From assembly GCA_007376135.1 (NCBI GenBank), contig VMFR01000002.1, positions 28,870 through 92,869 on the forward strand: DNA of 64,000 nucleotides, given 5' to 3'. The notes under the pieces were generated by a model that was not told the origin of the DNA, did not search any database, and was given only the letters and a program-made list of their open reading frames with translations. The stretch is from Parcubacteria group bacterium Gr01-1014_31 (GTDB lineage: Bacteria > Patescibacteriota > Patescibacteriia > Buchananbacterales > GWA2-38-13). Of this stretch, positions 41,130 to 51,705 are shown piece by piece. The translations under genes and the position numbers were made by a program. Numbering within the stretch: position 1 is the first letter of the stretch; each line of letters starts with the position of its first letter.

Positions 41130-42253
41130 TGCCAGGAAGTAAAACGCAGGGTGAACGCGATGAGCCCGCCCAACAACAGCGACGACAGTATGAGCGCGGG
41201 CCAGCGCCGCTGCAGCCACGGCTGCTGCGCCAGATAGAGGAAGTGCGGGAACGACACCATCATGTAGCGCGTCCACGACATCGTGCTGCCGGTATACAAC
41301 GGCACCAGCGTGAACGCGGCTGCAAACGCAGTGTACTCTGGTTGCAGCCGACGGGCAATCGGGAGCAGCAGCAGCGCGAACGCCCCGCCGACCACGGCAT
41401 CCAGCGCCCCGTCGCGGTAGCCGAACAATTCACGCGAACCCAGTCCGGCGAACGCCGCCCAAGGAAAGCCGAACTGATGTTCCCATCCGGCGCGCAGCGC
41501 CTTAGGGTAGATCAGCCAGTCCCCCGCGAGCCACCCGGAAAACGCCAGATAGCCGGCCACCGAGATCGGGATGACCGCGTACACCACCACACCGCGCAGC
41601 CAGGCACGCCAACGGAAACCGCTCGCACGCGCGTACTGCACCACGAGCGGCAGGATGATGAGGCCGCCCACGCTCCGAGTCAATGCCGCAAACACCCCCA
41701 GCAGCGCCGCCCATCCCCACCGCCGACGGCGACCCGCGTACAGCGCGCCGATACCCAGCGCCAAAAACAGCGCCTCCGAATACACCGCGGACAGGACCAC
41801 GGCGGACGGGAACACCAGCAGGTACCACACCGTGCGCTGCGCCACGGCCAACGGGTAATCCGCAGCCACCAGCGCAGCGAGGAAAAACGCCGCGACGGCA
41901 CCGGCAACCAGGCTGACGGCAATGCCGGCAACTGCCGCGGAGCCGAACGCCGGGGCAAACGCATGCAGCAGCATCGGGTAGAGCGGGAAAAAATTGATGT
42001 TGCGCTGCTGCACGTACAATGGTTGCGCGCGGTAGCCCTGCTCGGCGATCTGGCGGTACCACTGGCCGTCGAAGGGCGAGAACCGGTCCGCCAAACTTGC
42101 CGGATCGGGCTGACGGTAGATAAAATTGTCCTCACCCAATCCCTCCCCGAACGGCAAAAAGAACGCCACCAACGCCGCGGCGAGGATCACCAGCTTCACG
42201 GCGAGATAACGATGAGCGAAAATGGCGATGCCGGCACGGTCCATAGCGGTCAT
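41117..42253 (-). CDS. GT-C-fold polytopic membrane protein (PMT_2/ArnT-like glycosyltransferase candidate)
   Basis: 378 aa with ~11 TM segments and an N-terminal loop with acidic residues (GEGLGEDNFIYRQPD). Confidence 0.5.
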   Translation of the reverse strand: MTAMDRAGIAIFAHRYLAVKLVILAAALVAFFLPFGEGLGEDNFIYRQPDPASLADRFSPFDGQWYRQIAEQGYRAQPLYVQQRNINFFPLYPMLLHAFAPAFGSAAVAGIAVSLVAGAVAAFFLAALVAADYPLAVAQRTVWYLLVFPSAVVLSAVYSEALFLALGIGALYAGRRRRWGWAALLGVFAALTRSVGGLIILPLVVQYARASGFRWRAWLRGVVVYAVIPISVAGYLAFSGWLAGDWLIYPKALRAGWEHQFGFPWAAFAGLGSRELFGYRDGALDAVVGGAFALLLLPIARRLQPEYTAFAAAFTLVPLYTGSTMSWTRYMMVSFPHFLYLAQQPWLQRRWPALILSSLLLGGLIAFTLRFTSWQWIG

Positions 42254-42500
42254 AGTAGCAAGATGGGGCGGGAAATAAAAAAAATATGACCACGCGCGGC
42301 GGTCATATTTTTCTTTTTGTTTTTACGCTGGTGCGGTGGATTGTAGAAAGGGCGTCAGATGTTCTTCCCAGTACGGTATGATTACCATCCTCGTTCGTGC
42401 TGCGGACATTGCGCCGAGCGTCGAGGGGTACCGGGCAGCGCCGAAACGCGCTACCTCCTCATGACGTATTGCAGATTTGTTGCATAGTCAAAATAGAAGG

Positions 42501-42785
42501 TTACCGCAGCAAGGTATTGCCAACATATCCCGCCGAAAATTCAGCGCGCACATACTGGCTGGGCTGGAATGCGGCGCGCTCATTCTCCGGAGCCGAAGCG
42601 CGCTGGGCGACGGCTTGGTTGGCCAGTGCCAGCGCCCACGCGGCGATGCCGACCATAAAAAAAGCACTCACAATAGTTCCCGCGATCGGCCGCGGAGGGA
42701 GTGCCAACGGTACTCGGGATGCCGGCGCTTGTCCAAAGAACGGCAGGAAGCCAAACGAAGATGCGCCGGATGAGATTTTCGCCAT
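42501..42785 (-). CDS. possible small membrane protein
   Basis: 94-aa ORF with one TM (IAGTIVSAFFMVGIAAWALALA), divergent from the flippase gene. No clear RBS. Confidence 0.25.
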   Translation of the reverse strand: MAKISSGASSFGFLPFFGQAPASRVPLALPPRPIAGTIVSAFFMVGIAAWALALANQAVAQRASAPENERAAFQPSQYVRAEFSAGYVGNTLLR

Positions 42786-42906
42786 ATTTTTTTGTTTTAT
42801 TTTTGTTTTTTGCCCGAACCATCACCAGAATATTGTTATTATAGCGCATCCGAGCCTTTTTGTCAATTTTTACCGTAGCCGGTACCATGCAGGAGAGCAC
42901 TTCCCT

Positions 42907-44358
42907 ATGAGCCTGACCGCGAAAATCGCACGGAACACCGTGGTCCAGCTGGGCGGCAAGGCCGTCGGACTGATGGCCACCGTCATGACGGTGGCCATCA
43001 TGACGCGCGCGCTGGGCGCCGCCGGGTATGGCGCCTACACGGCCGCGTTCGCGTTCCTGCAAGTCGCGTTCATCCTGGTGGATCTCGGGCTGCAGATGAC
43101 CACGGTGACCCTGATCTCGGACGCGCGGCGGGACCCGGCCACGGTCTTTTCCAATATCATGGGATTGCGCCTGACAACCGCCGTCGCCATGGCCGGGCTG
43201 GCCGTAGGCGGCGCGTGGCTGCTGAATTATGCGCCCGACGTCCGGCAGAGCGTCATGGGACTGGCGGCGTTGTTCGTGGCGGCCGACCTCATCGCCGTGC
43301 TGACCGGCGTCTTCCAGTACCGCCTGGCGATGGCGCGCGCCGCCATGGCCGAGATCGCGGGCAAACTGGCGCTGCTCATCGGCGTCGCGGCGGCCGCGGG
43401 TCTAGGCGGCGGACTGCGGGAGATGGTGATGGCGACCAGCGCAGCCGCAGCGCTGCACGCCGTACTGCTGTGGGTGCTGGCGCGCGGGCTGCTGCCGTTC
43501 CGGGTGCGCTACGACTTGGCCGTCTGGCGCGACATCGCCAGGACCACCTGGCCACTGGCGCTGACCATCGCGTTCAACCTCGTCTACTTCAAGATGGACA
43601 CGGTCATCCTGTCATGGTCCTGGCCGGCTGCCGATGTCGGGCGGTATGGCGCGCCGTACCGCATCCTGGAATTGTGCATTAACCTCGGCTACCTGTTCCT
43701 CGGCCTGGTGCTGCCGCTCTTGACCCAGGCGACCGCGGGCAGTGACCGCACGCGGTTTGGCCACCTGCTGCAGCGGAGTTTTGATGGCATCGTTGCCGTC
43801 ACGCTCCCCCTGGTGGTGGGCGGCGCGCTCCTGGCGACCCCGCTGATGGTGCTGGTCGCCGGCCCGGAGTTTTCTGCCTCCGGCCCCTTGCTGTCCATCC
43901 TGCTGGTCGCGACGGGCATCATCCTCCTGGCGGCCGTCTTTGGCTACGGCATTGTCGCGCTCGGCAAACAACGGATGATGCTCCCCTACTATGCCGGCAA
44001 TGCGGCCGTGGTGCTGGTCGCCTACCTTATCTTTATCCCGCGCTATGGGACGCTTGCCGCGGCCTGGCTGACGGTCGGAAGCGAACTGGTGATCCTGGGA
44101 GCCAACCTGCTGGTCATGTACCGGGTCACCGGCTTTGTGCCGCGGCTGATGATCGCCGGCAAAGCAATGCTGGCCGCCGCCGTCATGGCGTCGGTGCTCA
44201 TGCTTTTGCCCTCGTGGCCGGTCGCGCTGCTCGTTGCACTCGGCGGGAGCATCTACCTGCTCCTGCTCCGACTGCTGGGCGGGATACCCGCTGACCTGAT
44301 CGGGAGCATGCTCGGACGCGAACCATCCCCGCCATCGGTCAGGGCAGCACCTCGGTGA
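42907..44358 (+). CDS. polysaccharide/oligosaccharide flippase (MOP superfamily, Wzx-like)
   Basis: ATG at 42907 is preceded by GGAGAG and a TTGTCA-17-TACCAT promoter (42860-42888). 483 aa, ~14 TM. The upstream 170 codons of the listed ORF have no support. Confidence 0.7.
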   Translation: MSLTAKIARNTVVQLGGKAVGLMATVMTVAIMTRALGAAGYGAYTAAFAFLQVAFILVDLGLQMTTVTLISDARRDPATVFSNIMGLRLTTAVAMAGLAVGGAWLLNYAPDVRQSVMGLAALFVAADLIAVLTGVFQYRLAMARAAMAEIAGKLALLIGVAAAAGLGGGLREMVMATSAAAALHAVLLWVLARGLLPFRVRYDLAVWRDIARTTWPLALTIAFNLVYFKMDTVILSWSWPAADVGRYGAPYRILELCINLGYLFLGLVLPLLTQATAGSDRTRFGHLLQRSFDGIVAVTLPLVVGGALLATPLMVLVAGPEFSASGPLLSILLVATGIILLAAVFGYGIVALGKQRMMLPYYAGNAAVVLVAYLIFIPRYGTLAAAWLTVGSELVILGANLLVMYRVTGFVPRLMIAGKAMLAAAVMASVLMLLPSWPVALLVALGGSIYLLLLRLLGGIPADLIGSMLGREPSPPSVRAAPR

Positions 44359-46246
44359 TGGACCGATCGATGCGCAGATCGACTTCCCGCTGGAACTGAT
44401 GATCGCCAATGACAAAATCTCCGCGGAATGACGTTCCCGGTGTTCCCGGCTGCTTCTGCACCAGGAGCTCATAGCGTACCCGCTGTACATACGCACGGAC
44501 GGATTCCGGCAGCTGGTACGCGTAGGTGATCGTCGCCGACCCGCCCGGCTCAATGACCAGGAACGTTTCAAATACCGTTTTCCCCAACTCGTTGTTCGTC
44601 GTAACGTGGTACTGGTTGCCAGTCACCTGCACAAGGGTCGCGCCGGATGGCACATACAGACGCTGATAGGTGCGGTACCGCGTGGTCTTCCAGTTCAACG
44701 TCGCCTTGTTGCGGTACGTCACTGCGGTTTGGGCGACCAATCGGCAGTCGGTTGCCGCCAAGGCGCACGGTTTGCCGGCGTGGTCCTGACTGCGCAAACG
44801 GTACTCAAGCGAACGGTCGATCCACGGGTCGGTTTTCAGGCTGCCGAGATTGGCATCCACCACCATCAGGTAATCGCCAGCCGTGGATTGCACCTCGCCG
44901 GCCCAGCGGCGCAGGCTCAAGCCGCGCTGCACATCGGGAAGATTGGAAAAAATAAGCAGCTGCCGTTCCTCAAGATTTTCCTGGAGCACTCGCGCCAGCG
45001 CCGTCGCCAATTGCATCCGGTCGGGAACGCGCCCCATGGCCGCCAGCAGTTCCGCCGCGAGCCGTCCCATGACGGCTTTGCGGTCGGCGAGCGGCAGGCC
45101 TTGGACGGCGAATTCCCGTCCCACCTGCGATTCAAGGATATCGGTGAGTGTCTCGGCCGTAACCTCCAGGCCATCGATGGTCAGGGGGCCAACGACGGCC
45201 AGCAGATCGGCGGCCACGGTCGGGGTCAACGCCACCACGCTGTCCACATTGCCGCGCCCGCCTTCGCGGTGGAAGAACCAGATCGCCTGGCGCGCGGCAT
45301 CGGGAAAATGCGGCGACCAATTCGAATCGCGCAGGAACCACTCACTGGTCTGATTGAAATCGCGCAGCGGCTGGGGTGGAGCCACGGAAAGCTTGCCTTT
45401 GGCCGCGCTATCCAGGCGGTACACGTCATCGACGGTGAACTCGGTCACCGCGCCGGCGTCGACGGTCAGCAGCGCATAGGAGCCGATGAACCCGCCGGTG
45501 GGACGCAGCTCGGCGTTGTTCTGCAGTAGGATCAAGAACCGATGCGGGGTCGGATACCCCAGCAGCGGCAACCCCAGCTCGAGGAAATTCAAACCTTGGC
45601 GGACGCCGGTGTCCGCCCGTTCCAGGCGGGAAAGTATTTCGCCGTGCAGGCGCTGGAGGCGCGTGCTGATGCCAGCAATGGACACGGCTGAAACGCGGCG
45701 GCGGAACTGCCCCAATTCATCCCAACGGCGCTGCAGGGCCGGCAGCTGGGTTTCCACGGCGGCAAGGATCTCACGCCGTTGCGGTTCAGCCATGGTGAAC
45801 CCCGACGGGGAAAGCGGGGCCAGGATCGGTTCGGCGTCATCCAGCAAAGAGCGGGCAAAGCCGAGACCCTCGCTCCCGAGGCCGGAAACCTGGCGAACAT
45901 ACCGCAGATGGGCGGACACGCCGGGGATCGCCTGCCACGGCGACAGCCAGACCAACCGGCCGCGAAATTGCTGCAAAGCGCTGACGGCATCCATCAACGT
46001 GCGGCGGGCCGGAGCAACATCACCTCGGATCGCCGCGGCCATCACGACCTGGCGGCGGGAAGTCGAGAGCGCGCCCCGGAGCGTGAGCAGCGGCCACGCC
46101 ACAAACACGAAAACCGCCACCCCGAGCAGCACATACGCGAGAACGGCCGCGGCAATCCACGGCACCCAGCGCCGAATGCCGCCGGATCTCGGCAGGCGCG
46201 GCAGCGGTACCGTGACGACCAGCTGGCGGTTACGAATGGAGAACAT
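44339..46246 (-). CDS. DUF4012 domain membrane-anchored protein
   Basis: N-terminal TM, then a large extracytoplasmic domain with the NAELRPTGGFIGSYA motif characteristic of DUF4012. Confidence 0.6.
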   Translation of the reverse strand: MFSIRNRQLVVTVPLPRLPRSGGIRRWVPWIAAAVLAYVLLGVAVFVFVAWPLLTLRGALSTSRRQVVMAAAIRGDVAPARRTLMDAVSALQQFRGRLVWLSPWQAIPGVSAHLRYVRQVSGLGSEGLGFARSLLDDAEPILAPLSPSGFTMAEPQRREILAAVETQLPALQRRWDELGQFRRRVSAVSIAGISTRLQRLHGEILSRLERADTGVRQGLNFLELGLPLLGYPTPHRFLILLQNNAELRPTGGFIGSYALLTVDAGAVTEFTVDDVYRLDSAAKGKLSVAPPQPLRDFNQTSEWFLRDSNWSPHFPDAARQAIWFFHREGGRGNVDSVVALTPTVAADLLAVVGPLTIDGLEVTAETLTDILESQVGREFAVQGLPLADRKAVMGRLAAELLAAMGRVPDRMQLATALARVLQENLEERQLLIFSNLPDVQRGLSLRRWAGEVQSTAGDYLMVVDANLGSLKTDPWIDRSLEYRLRSQDHAGKPCALAATDCRLVAQTAVTYRNKATLNWKTTRYRTYQRLYVPSGATLVQVTGNQYHVTTNNELGKTVFETFLVIEPGGSATITYAYQLPESVRAYVQRVRYELLVQKQPGTPGTSFRGDFVIGDHQFQREVDLRIDRSITEVLP

Positions 46247-46386
46247 TGCGGTAATGCCAGAACGTCAGATGATTTTTCCCTCCCTACTATATCCCGCCGG
46301 CACCAAAATCTGCAATGTGATCCCGCTGGCGGCGGCAAAAAAATACTCCGCTGCCATGGAGCAAGGAACGCAATTCCGCGAACGCA

Positions 46387-47286
46387 TCACCGCCCCCACC
46401 ACCGCACGGGCGGACGCTGGACGAACGCCAAGTCCTTGCGGAATGCAACCGGATCGCTCACGACGTAGCCGTCCGGCGCAAGGTGGGCCAGTTGCCGCAC
46501 GCGGCGGCGCGACCATGGCGTTCCGGTATCGTAGACCCAAATTGTTTTGCCGCGGGCGCGCAGACGGGACAGCAAGCGCGCGCTGACCGACTGCGCGCGC
46601 ACCGACACCGCGTCAATACTCTCCCAATCACCGGCGCGCACGCGGGAGATCTCCCGCGCGTAGTACACCACCAGCCCCGTGCGCAAATTCTCATCGCGCT
46701 GCTTGAGCTCGCGCAGGTCGGCCGGATGGAAACTGGTGACCATCAACGTGCTACGCAGCGGAGTAATGAGATTGGCGACCTCATCCAGTGCGGCGGCGCG
46801 GCGCTCGGGAGGCAGCGCGGGCGTATTTTTCAATTCCACTTCCGCCACGGCGGGCCCGAACTCTTGCAAAAAATCCCGCACACGCGGAATGCCGCGCTGC
46901 GGGTAACGGTCGGCCAGCGGACCGCAGTACGCCAGGTCCTTGATCTGATCGTAGGTAACCGCGTCGACCGACCATGGCCGGCAGTACAACCGTTCCAGAG
47001 TGGTGTCATGCAGCAGCGCCCAGACATTGTCGCCGGTCAACACCGCATCCGCCGAGAGCCGTGCGCCCGCGTCGCGGGCCTGCTGGAACCCCAGCCAACT
47101 GCCTTCTGGATAGCGGGCCCAGTACCCGCGGCGGGCGATGACGGTTGCCGGACGGCTCGGCCGAGCGGGCGCGGGGAACAGCGCCGCGGCCGCCAGCAGC
47201 CCCGCAACCAGCGTCAGCCAACCGCGTTGTTTCAAAAATAGTTGCTTCCGTGACAACATTCCCATATAGGCAACGGGAGTCCGCAC
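46387..47286 (-). CDS. glycerophosphodiester phosphodiesterase (GDPD) family protein, possibly catalytically degenerate
   Basis: Signal/TM then a GDPD-like TIM barrel. The HRG motif is replaced by ARRGY. Confidence 0.5.
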   Translation of the reverse strand: MRTPVAYMGMLSRKQLFLKQRGWLTLVAGLLAAAALFPAPARPSRPATVIARRGYWARYPEGSWLGFQQARDAGARLSADAVLTGDNVWALLHDTTLERLYCRPWSVDAVTYDQIKDLAYCGPLADRYPQRGIPRVRDFLQEFGPAVAEVELKNTPALPPERRAAALDEVANLITPLRSTLMVTSFHPADLRELKQRDENLRTGLVVYYAREISRVRAGDWESIDAVSVRAQSVSARLLSRLRARGKTIWVYDTGTPWSRRRVRQLAHLAPDGYVVSDPVAFRKDLAFVQRPPVRWWGR

Positions 47287-47347
47287 ACGCGGACTCCCGT
47301 TCCAAAGGCAATCAATGCCAGTGAAAACCTTAGATATTCGTATCGCG

Positions 47348-47713
47348 TTAGCTCGTCGCCGATACCAACTGTTGAATGACGAACGAAGCGATCGCGTAGG
47401 CGGCGAAAATAACCGCCAACCCCACGATACCCGCGATGATCATCTTCTTGGCTTCACCAACCTGGTCTTCATTGCCCTGTGCCGTCATCCACTTGAAACC
47501 ACCGTAGAGAACGATGAGGACGGCGATAATGCCCAGGAAGCCCATCAAAATGTTGACGATGAGCATGATGGTCGTCCGAAGATCCTGGGTGCCCCAGCCG
47601 ACGATAGTTGCGTAGCCCAATCCTTGGTTGACGGTCGTGCCCAGCTGGGCGAACACCGGCAACGCGGCCAGCAAACCGGCGGCAGTGGCCAATCCTGTAG
47701 TAATTTTGCGCAT
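47348..47713 (-). CDS. VirB2/TrbC-like pilin-type small membrane protein
   Basis: Signal peptide (MRKITTGLATAAGLLAALPVFAQ) then two long hydrophobic helices separated by the loop MTAQGNEDQVGEAKK. This is the architecture of conjugative T4SS pilins. Confidence 0.4.
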   Translation of the reverse strand: MRKITTGLATAAGLLAALPVFAQLGTTVNQGLGYATIVGWGTQDLRTTIMLIVNILMGFLGIIAVLIVLYGGFKWMTAQGNEDQVGEAKKMIIAGIVGLAVIFAAYAIASFVIQQLVSATS

Positions 47714-47813
47714 TGTGTCACCTCCTTTCTGTAGGGAGGGGGCAAGCGGGAAATTTTCGCCCCGTTGCCTGACTCCAATCCAACAGGAACCAGTATACCG
47801 TGAGTGCGATGAA

Positions 47814-47842
47814 TTTACAACTAATTGTCAACATGGTATAAT
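47814..47842 (+). promoter_or_regulatory. promoter TTTACA-17-TATAAT (extended -10 TGGTATAAT)
   Basis: Upstream of the large secreted protein gene. Confidence 0.55.
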
Positions 47843-47926
47843 AATAATGATACTAGACTGAATTCCGACGGTTGCGCCCCGCTTTCCTGCGGGGCGCCCC
47901 GCGCTTCACCTTCCGCTCCCTTGCCT

Positions 47927-50122
47927 ATGCCATCACCCACCCTGCGCAACCGAGCAACGCGCCGCCGCACCGCGGTCGCAGGATGGCTGACGCTCGCCGC
48001 CGCGCTCTCGCCACTGCAGCCGGCCGCCGCGCTGGTCTTTTCCCCGCACCGCCTGATGACGGACGCGGAGCTGCACGACAGTTCCAGCCTGTCCACCGCC
48101 GCCATCCAACAATTTCTGGAACAGAAGGGCAGCGTGCTGGCAACGTTCCGGGAAACCGTCGAGGGGCAAACGCTCACGGCCGCCCAGATCTTTTCGCGCG
48201 TCGGAAATCAGACGGGCATTTCACCGAAATTCCTGCTGGCCGTGGTGGAACGCGAAAAAGGATTGCTCCGCAAAAACGCCGCGAGCACCAAACAGTCCGA
48301 CCTGGACTGGGCGGCGGGCTACTCGTGTTTCTCCGGCCGCTGCAACGAAAAATACCGGGGCTTTTTCAACCAGATCGATTCGGCGGCCATCACCCAGAAC
48401 ATCTACCAGGAACGCGCCGGCAGTTTCACCTACCGCATCGGCGCGCCGGCGCAGACCCACGACGGCTACCTGGTCACCCCGGAGAACCAAGCGACGGCCA
48501 ACCTCTATATCTATACGCCGTTCGTCGGACACTCGCCGGAGTTGGGCATTGTCAACGGCCTGGGCGGCAACCGGCTGTTCCACAACATCTGGCAGCAGTT
48601 CTTCACCGACGCGAAATACCCCGAGGGCTTGGTCCTGACCGACGGCGTATCGCTGTGGCGCGTCGAGGCGGGCAAAAAACGGAAATTCGCGACGCGCGAG
48701 CTGTTCTCGGCCGACCACCGGCCCGAGGACGCCATCACCGTGACGCCGAAAGTGCTTGCCGCCTACCCGGACGGACCCGACATCCGCTTTGCCAACCACA
48801 CGGTGGTGCGCTCGGCGGCCTCCGGCCAGGCGATCTTGCTGCAGAATGGCAAACAGCGCCCCATCGTGGACGAGCAGGCGCTGGCCCAGCTGGCCGACTT
48901 CCACCTCGCCGCCCTCAGTCTGTCCGACATCCCGGCGGTTGCCGCCGAATTGCTGGAGCCCTACCCCGTCGGCCTGCCGGTGACCGCCAACCTCGCCTAC
49001 CCACAGGGCAAGCTGTTCAAGGATGAGAGCGGCACGCTGGCGTGGATGCAGGACAGCGTCCGCCACCCCGTACACGATGTGACGGCACAGATCAATTTTT
49101 ACCAGCAAACCCCGGAGGCAACGACGGCGGCCGCCCTGGAACGCTACCCCATCGGCAGCCCGGTGCTGCTGCGCGACGGCACGCTGGTGAAGAACAGCGA
49201 GGATTCCTTCTACCTCATCACCAACGGCGAACGGCGCAAGATCACCAGCCTTGAGCTGGCCGTGCGCCTCCTGGGCAACGACCGCGTGACGGCGGCGCTG
49301 ACCGCGCCCAGCGACCTGCTGGAACTGCACGGCGCGGGCCTGAACATGGACTACATCAACGATACTATCCAGGACGCCGCCCCGACCCCCACGCCGCCCC
49401 CGACGCCCGCCGGCCCGCTGATCTCTGCCGACAGCCTGACGGTCACTCCGGCCAGCCTCGTCGGCCTGACCGGGCAGGTCGTTACCGTGCAGGCGACCAT
49501 CCGCAACGCCGGCACCAAAACCTGGCAAACGGGCGAGGTCAAACTGCAGCTCAACGGCGGCATGGAACTTAATTTCCTGGAAAGCAGCGTGGCGCCGGGC
49601 GACATGGCCAGCTTCAGCGGGCCGCTGACCTACAGCGCCACCCCCGGCCTGCAGCCGCAGACGTTCACGGTGCTGGGCCCGGATGGCGCCGCCATTGCCC
49701 GCTTCGCCAAGTTTGCCGTACTGAAGCCGGCCGCCGGCGCGGAGGTAACCAAGCACACGCTGCCCGTCGCCATCAAAGCCAGCTGGAAGCCAATACCCGT
49801 CGCCATCACCATGAAGAACACCACCCCGGACCTGACCTGGACGGCCAGAAAAGCGGCGCTCGTCCTGAAGGGCCCGAGCGACCAGAGCAGCCCGTTCTAT
49901 GACCCGGCCGACTGGGTGAAAACCGACGTGCCGGCAGTCCCCACCAACCGCAAGACCATCAAACCGGGGGAAACCGGCGAATTCCGCTTTACTCTGCGCC
50001 CGCGCGGGGTCAAACCCGGGGTCTATGAGCTGCACTTCCAACTGGAACTGCGCGACACCAACAAAGACATCCTTATTAACGGCGGCGAGGAGTGGGTGAT
50101 GAAGGTGCGGGTAGATAAATAA
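47927..50122 (+). CDS. large secreted protein with C-terminal Ig-like/CARDB-like repeats
   Basis: ATG at 47927. Tat-like signal [35 protein letters not shown] linker, then repeated beta-rich modules. 731 aa. Confidence 0.5.
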   Translation: MPSPTLRNRATRRRTAVAGWLTLAAALSPLQPAAALVFSPHRLMTDAELHDSSSLSTAAIQQFLEQKGSVLATFRETVEGQTLTAAQIFSRVGNQTGISPKFLLAVVEREKGLLRKNAASTKQSDLDWAAGYSCFSGRCNEKYRGFFNQIDSAAITQNIYQERAGSFTYRIGAPAQTHDGYLVTPENQATANLYIYTPFVGHSPELGIVNGLGGNRLFHNIWQQFFTDAKYPEGLVLTDGVSLWRVEAGKKRKFATRELFSADHRPEDAITVTPKVLAAYPDGPDIRFANHTVVRSAASGQAILLQNGKQRPIVDEQALAQLADFHLAALSLSDIPAVAAELLEPYPVGLPVTANLAYPQGKLFKDESGTLAWMQDSVRHPVHDVTAQINFYQQTPEATTAAALERYPIGSPVLLRDGTLVKNSEDSFYLITNGERRKITSLELAVRLLGNDRVTAALTAPSDLLELHGAGLNMDYINDTIQDAAPTPTPPPTPAGPLISADSLTVTPASLVGLTGQVVTVQATIRNAGTKTWQTGEVKLQLNGGMELNFLESSVAPGDMASFSGPLTYSATPGLQPQTFTVLGPDGAAIARFAKFAVLKPAAGAEVTKHTLPVAIKASWKPIPVAITMKNTTPDLTWTARKAALVLKGPSDQSSPFYDPADWVKTDVPAVPTNRKTIKPGETGEFRFTLRPRGVKPGVYELHFQLELRDTNKDILINGGEEWVMKVRVDK

Positions 50123-50139
50123 CCGGGGAAGCAGGGAGT

Positions 50140-50301
50140 ATGAAGCAGGAATTAGGGAAATCGCCACGCTGGCTGATTGCGGCCATTGTGGCGGTGAGCG
50201 TATTTACCCTGATTATGATCGTCATGGCAGTGCTTATCGCCGTCGATGGCCCGCAGTACCGTAATTACCCGGGCGACGTGTTCTTGTACGAAGCCGCTTA
50301 G
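50140..50301 (+). CDS. possible 53-aa single-TM protein (not in ORF track)
   Basis: GGGAG RBS 4 nt before the ATG. MKQELGKSPRWLIAAIVAVSVFTLIMIVMAVLIAVDGPQYRNYPGDVFLYEAA. Confidence 0.3.
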   Translation: MKQELGKSPRWLIAAIVAVSVFTLIMIVMAVLIAVDGPQYRNYPGDVFLYEAA

Positions 50302-50484
50302 CCGCTCGAAGTCGAGGGAGGAGGTCCGCGGTGTGGCGAAACCCCCCATTGGCCCTGGATTCTTCTGCCAGCGTTGGTCTACTGCGATGCGAGTGCACAA
50401 CCTGCACAGGTTAGCTGAAATCCGTAGCATCGTAACGTAAATTCCCCCGCCCGATGGCGTGGTTTTTGCTATAGTGCCAAGCGT

Positions 50485-51705
50485 ATGGGGGCATCAGTTT
50501 GGGGATGGGCAGGACGGCACAAAGCCGCGACCGTCGGTATTGGGCTTGTCGGCGTGCTCGCGGCAATCTACCTGGCGTTCGCGGGCAACGGCTACGGCTA
50601 CTACCGCCGAATCGCCCAGGCGATGCTGGGCGGAAAGCTTGGGCTGCCGGTCGGAACCGTTCCGGCCGGAAATCTGCGCGACTTCAGCCAGTACGGCGAC
50701 ACTCTCTACTATCCGATGGGCGTGCTGCCTGCGGCGATCTTGGTGCCCGCGGTGGCGGGAATGGGCGTGGATTTTCCGCAGGCAGTGATGGTGCTCGCGC
50801 TGGCCGCCGCCATCGCGTCCCTCGCCTACCAACTGGCGCGGCGGCGTTCGTGGTCGGAACGCGACGCGCTGTGGCTTGCCGCCGGGTTCCTGTTTTCCAG
50901 TCCGCTCGCCTACCTCATCCTGCGGGCCACTGTCTTTGACGCGTACTTGGCACATCTGGTCTCCCTCGCCTGCCTGCTGTCGGCGCTGGTAGAATACAAC
51001 GGACGCCGCCGATGGTGGCTCATGGGCATGCTGGTGGGCCTGTCCGCGATGAGCCGGCCGCTGACCGCGGGTGCGGCGGTCTTTTTTTGGCTCGCGGTGA
51101 CGCGCGAACCATTGTTGCGCGCAAAAAAAATATTTGCGTTCACGCTGCCGCTGGTGTGTACACTCTCGCTCATTGCCGCGTACAATTTCGCGCGCTTTGA
51201 CAACCCTTGGGAAGCCGGCTACACGTATCAACTCATCGATCCGGCAACCGTGCAGGCGCGCCAGCTGGGGCTCATTTCCTGGCGCCATGTTCAGCGAAAT
51301 TTCACCCGGGCGTTCCTTGCCGGACCAAAGCTTATTTTCGCTGAGGGAAGCCAAAATATTCCAGTTTTCCCCTATATTACCTTTGACGGATCTGGAATGT
51401 CCCTCCTACTGACCTTCCCCCTGCTGTTCCTCTTCTTCCGGACGCGCTGGCGCACCCCCGACGCGGGCGCGAGCCTGACGGCGGCTGCGGCAATCGCCCT
51501 GCCACTGCTCATGACGTTCGCGGGCGGCGACCACCAGTTCGGCTACCGTTTCGGTTTTGATTATTTACCGCTGCTGATGTATGCGCTGGTCGCGTCGCGC
51601 CCGCAGCTTGGCGGCTTTGGACGCGCGCTCATCATCGTCGGCGCGATGACCAACGCCTTCCTGACGGCGCCTGCGCTCTTGCACTGGCCGATGTCCGGCG
51701 GCTGA
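50485..51705 (+). CDS. polytopic membrane protein, GT-C-like (ArnT/PMT-type) candidate
   Basis: 406 aa with >10 TM. TATAGT sits 9 nt upstream of the ATG (near-leaderless). Confidence 0.45.
   Translation: MGASVWGWAGRHKAATVGIGLVGVLAAIYLAFAGNGYGYYRRIAQAMLGGKLGLPVGTVPAGNLRDFSQYGDTLYYPMGVLPAAILVPAVAGMGVDFPQAVMVLALAAAIASLAYQLARRRSWSERDALWLAAGFLFSSPLAYLILRATVFDAYLAHLVSLACLLSALVEYNGRRRWWLMGMLVGLSAMSRPLTAGAAVFFWLAVTREPLLRAKKIFAFTLPLVCTLSLIAAYNFARFDNPWEAGYTYQLIDPATVQARQLGLISWRHVQRNFTRAFLAGPKLIFAEGSQNIPVFPYITFDGSGMSLLLTFPLLFLFFRTRWRTPDAGASLTAAAAIALPLLMTFAGGDHQFGYRFGFDYLPLLMYALVASRPQLGGFGRALIIVGAMTNAFLTAPALLHWPMSGG

Noticed and set aside
42397-42906. 170-codon N-terminal extension of the flippase ORF
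   Set aside because: It crosses an AT-rich promoter-like region with no coding signal. An internal ATG at 42907 has a GGAGAG RBS and a TTGTCA-17-TACCAT promoter.
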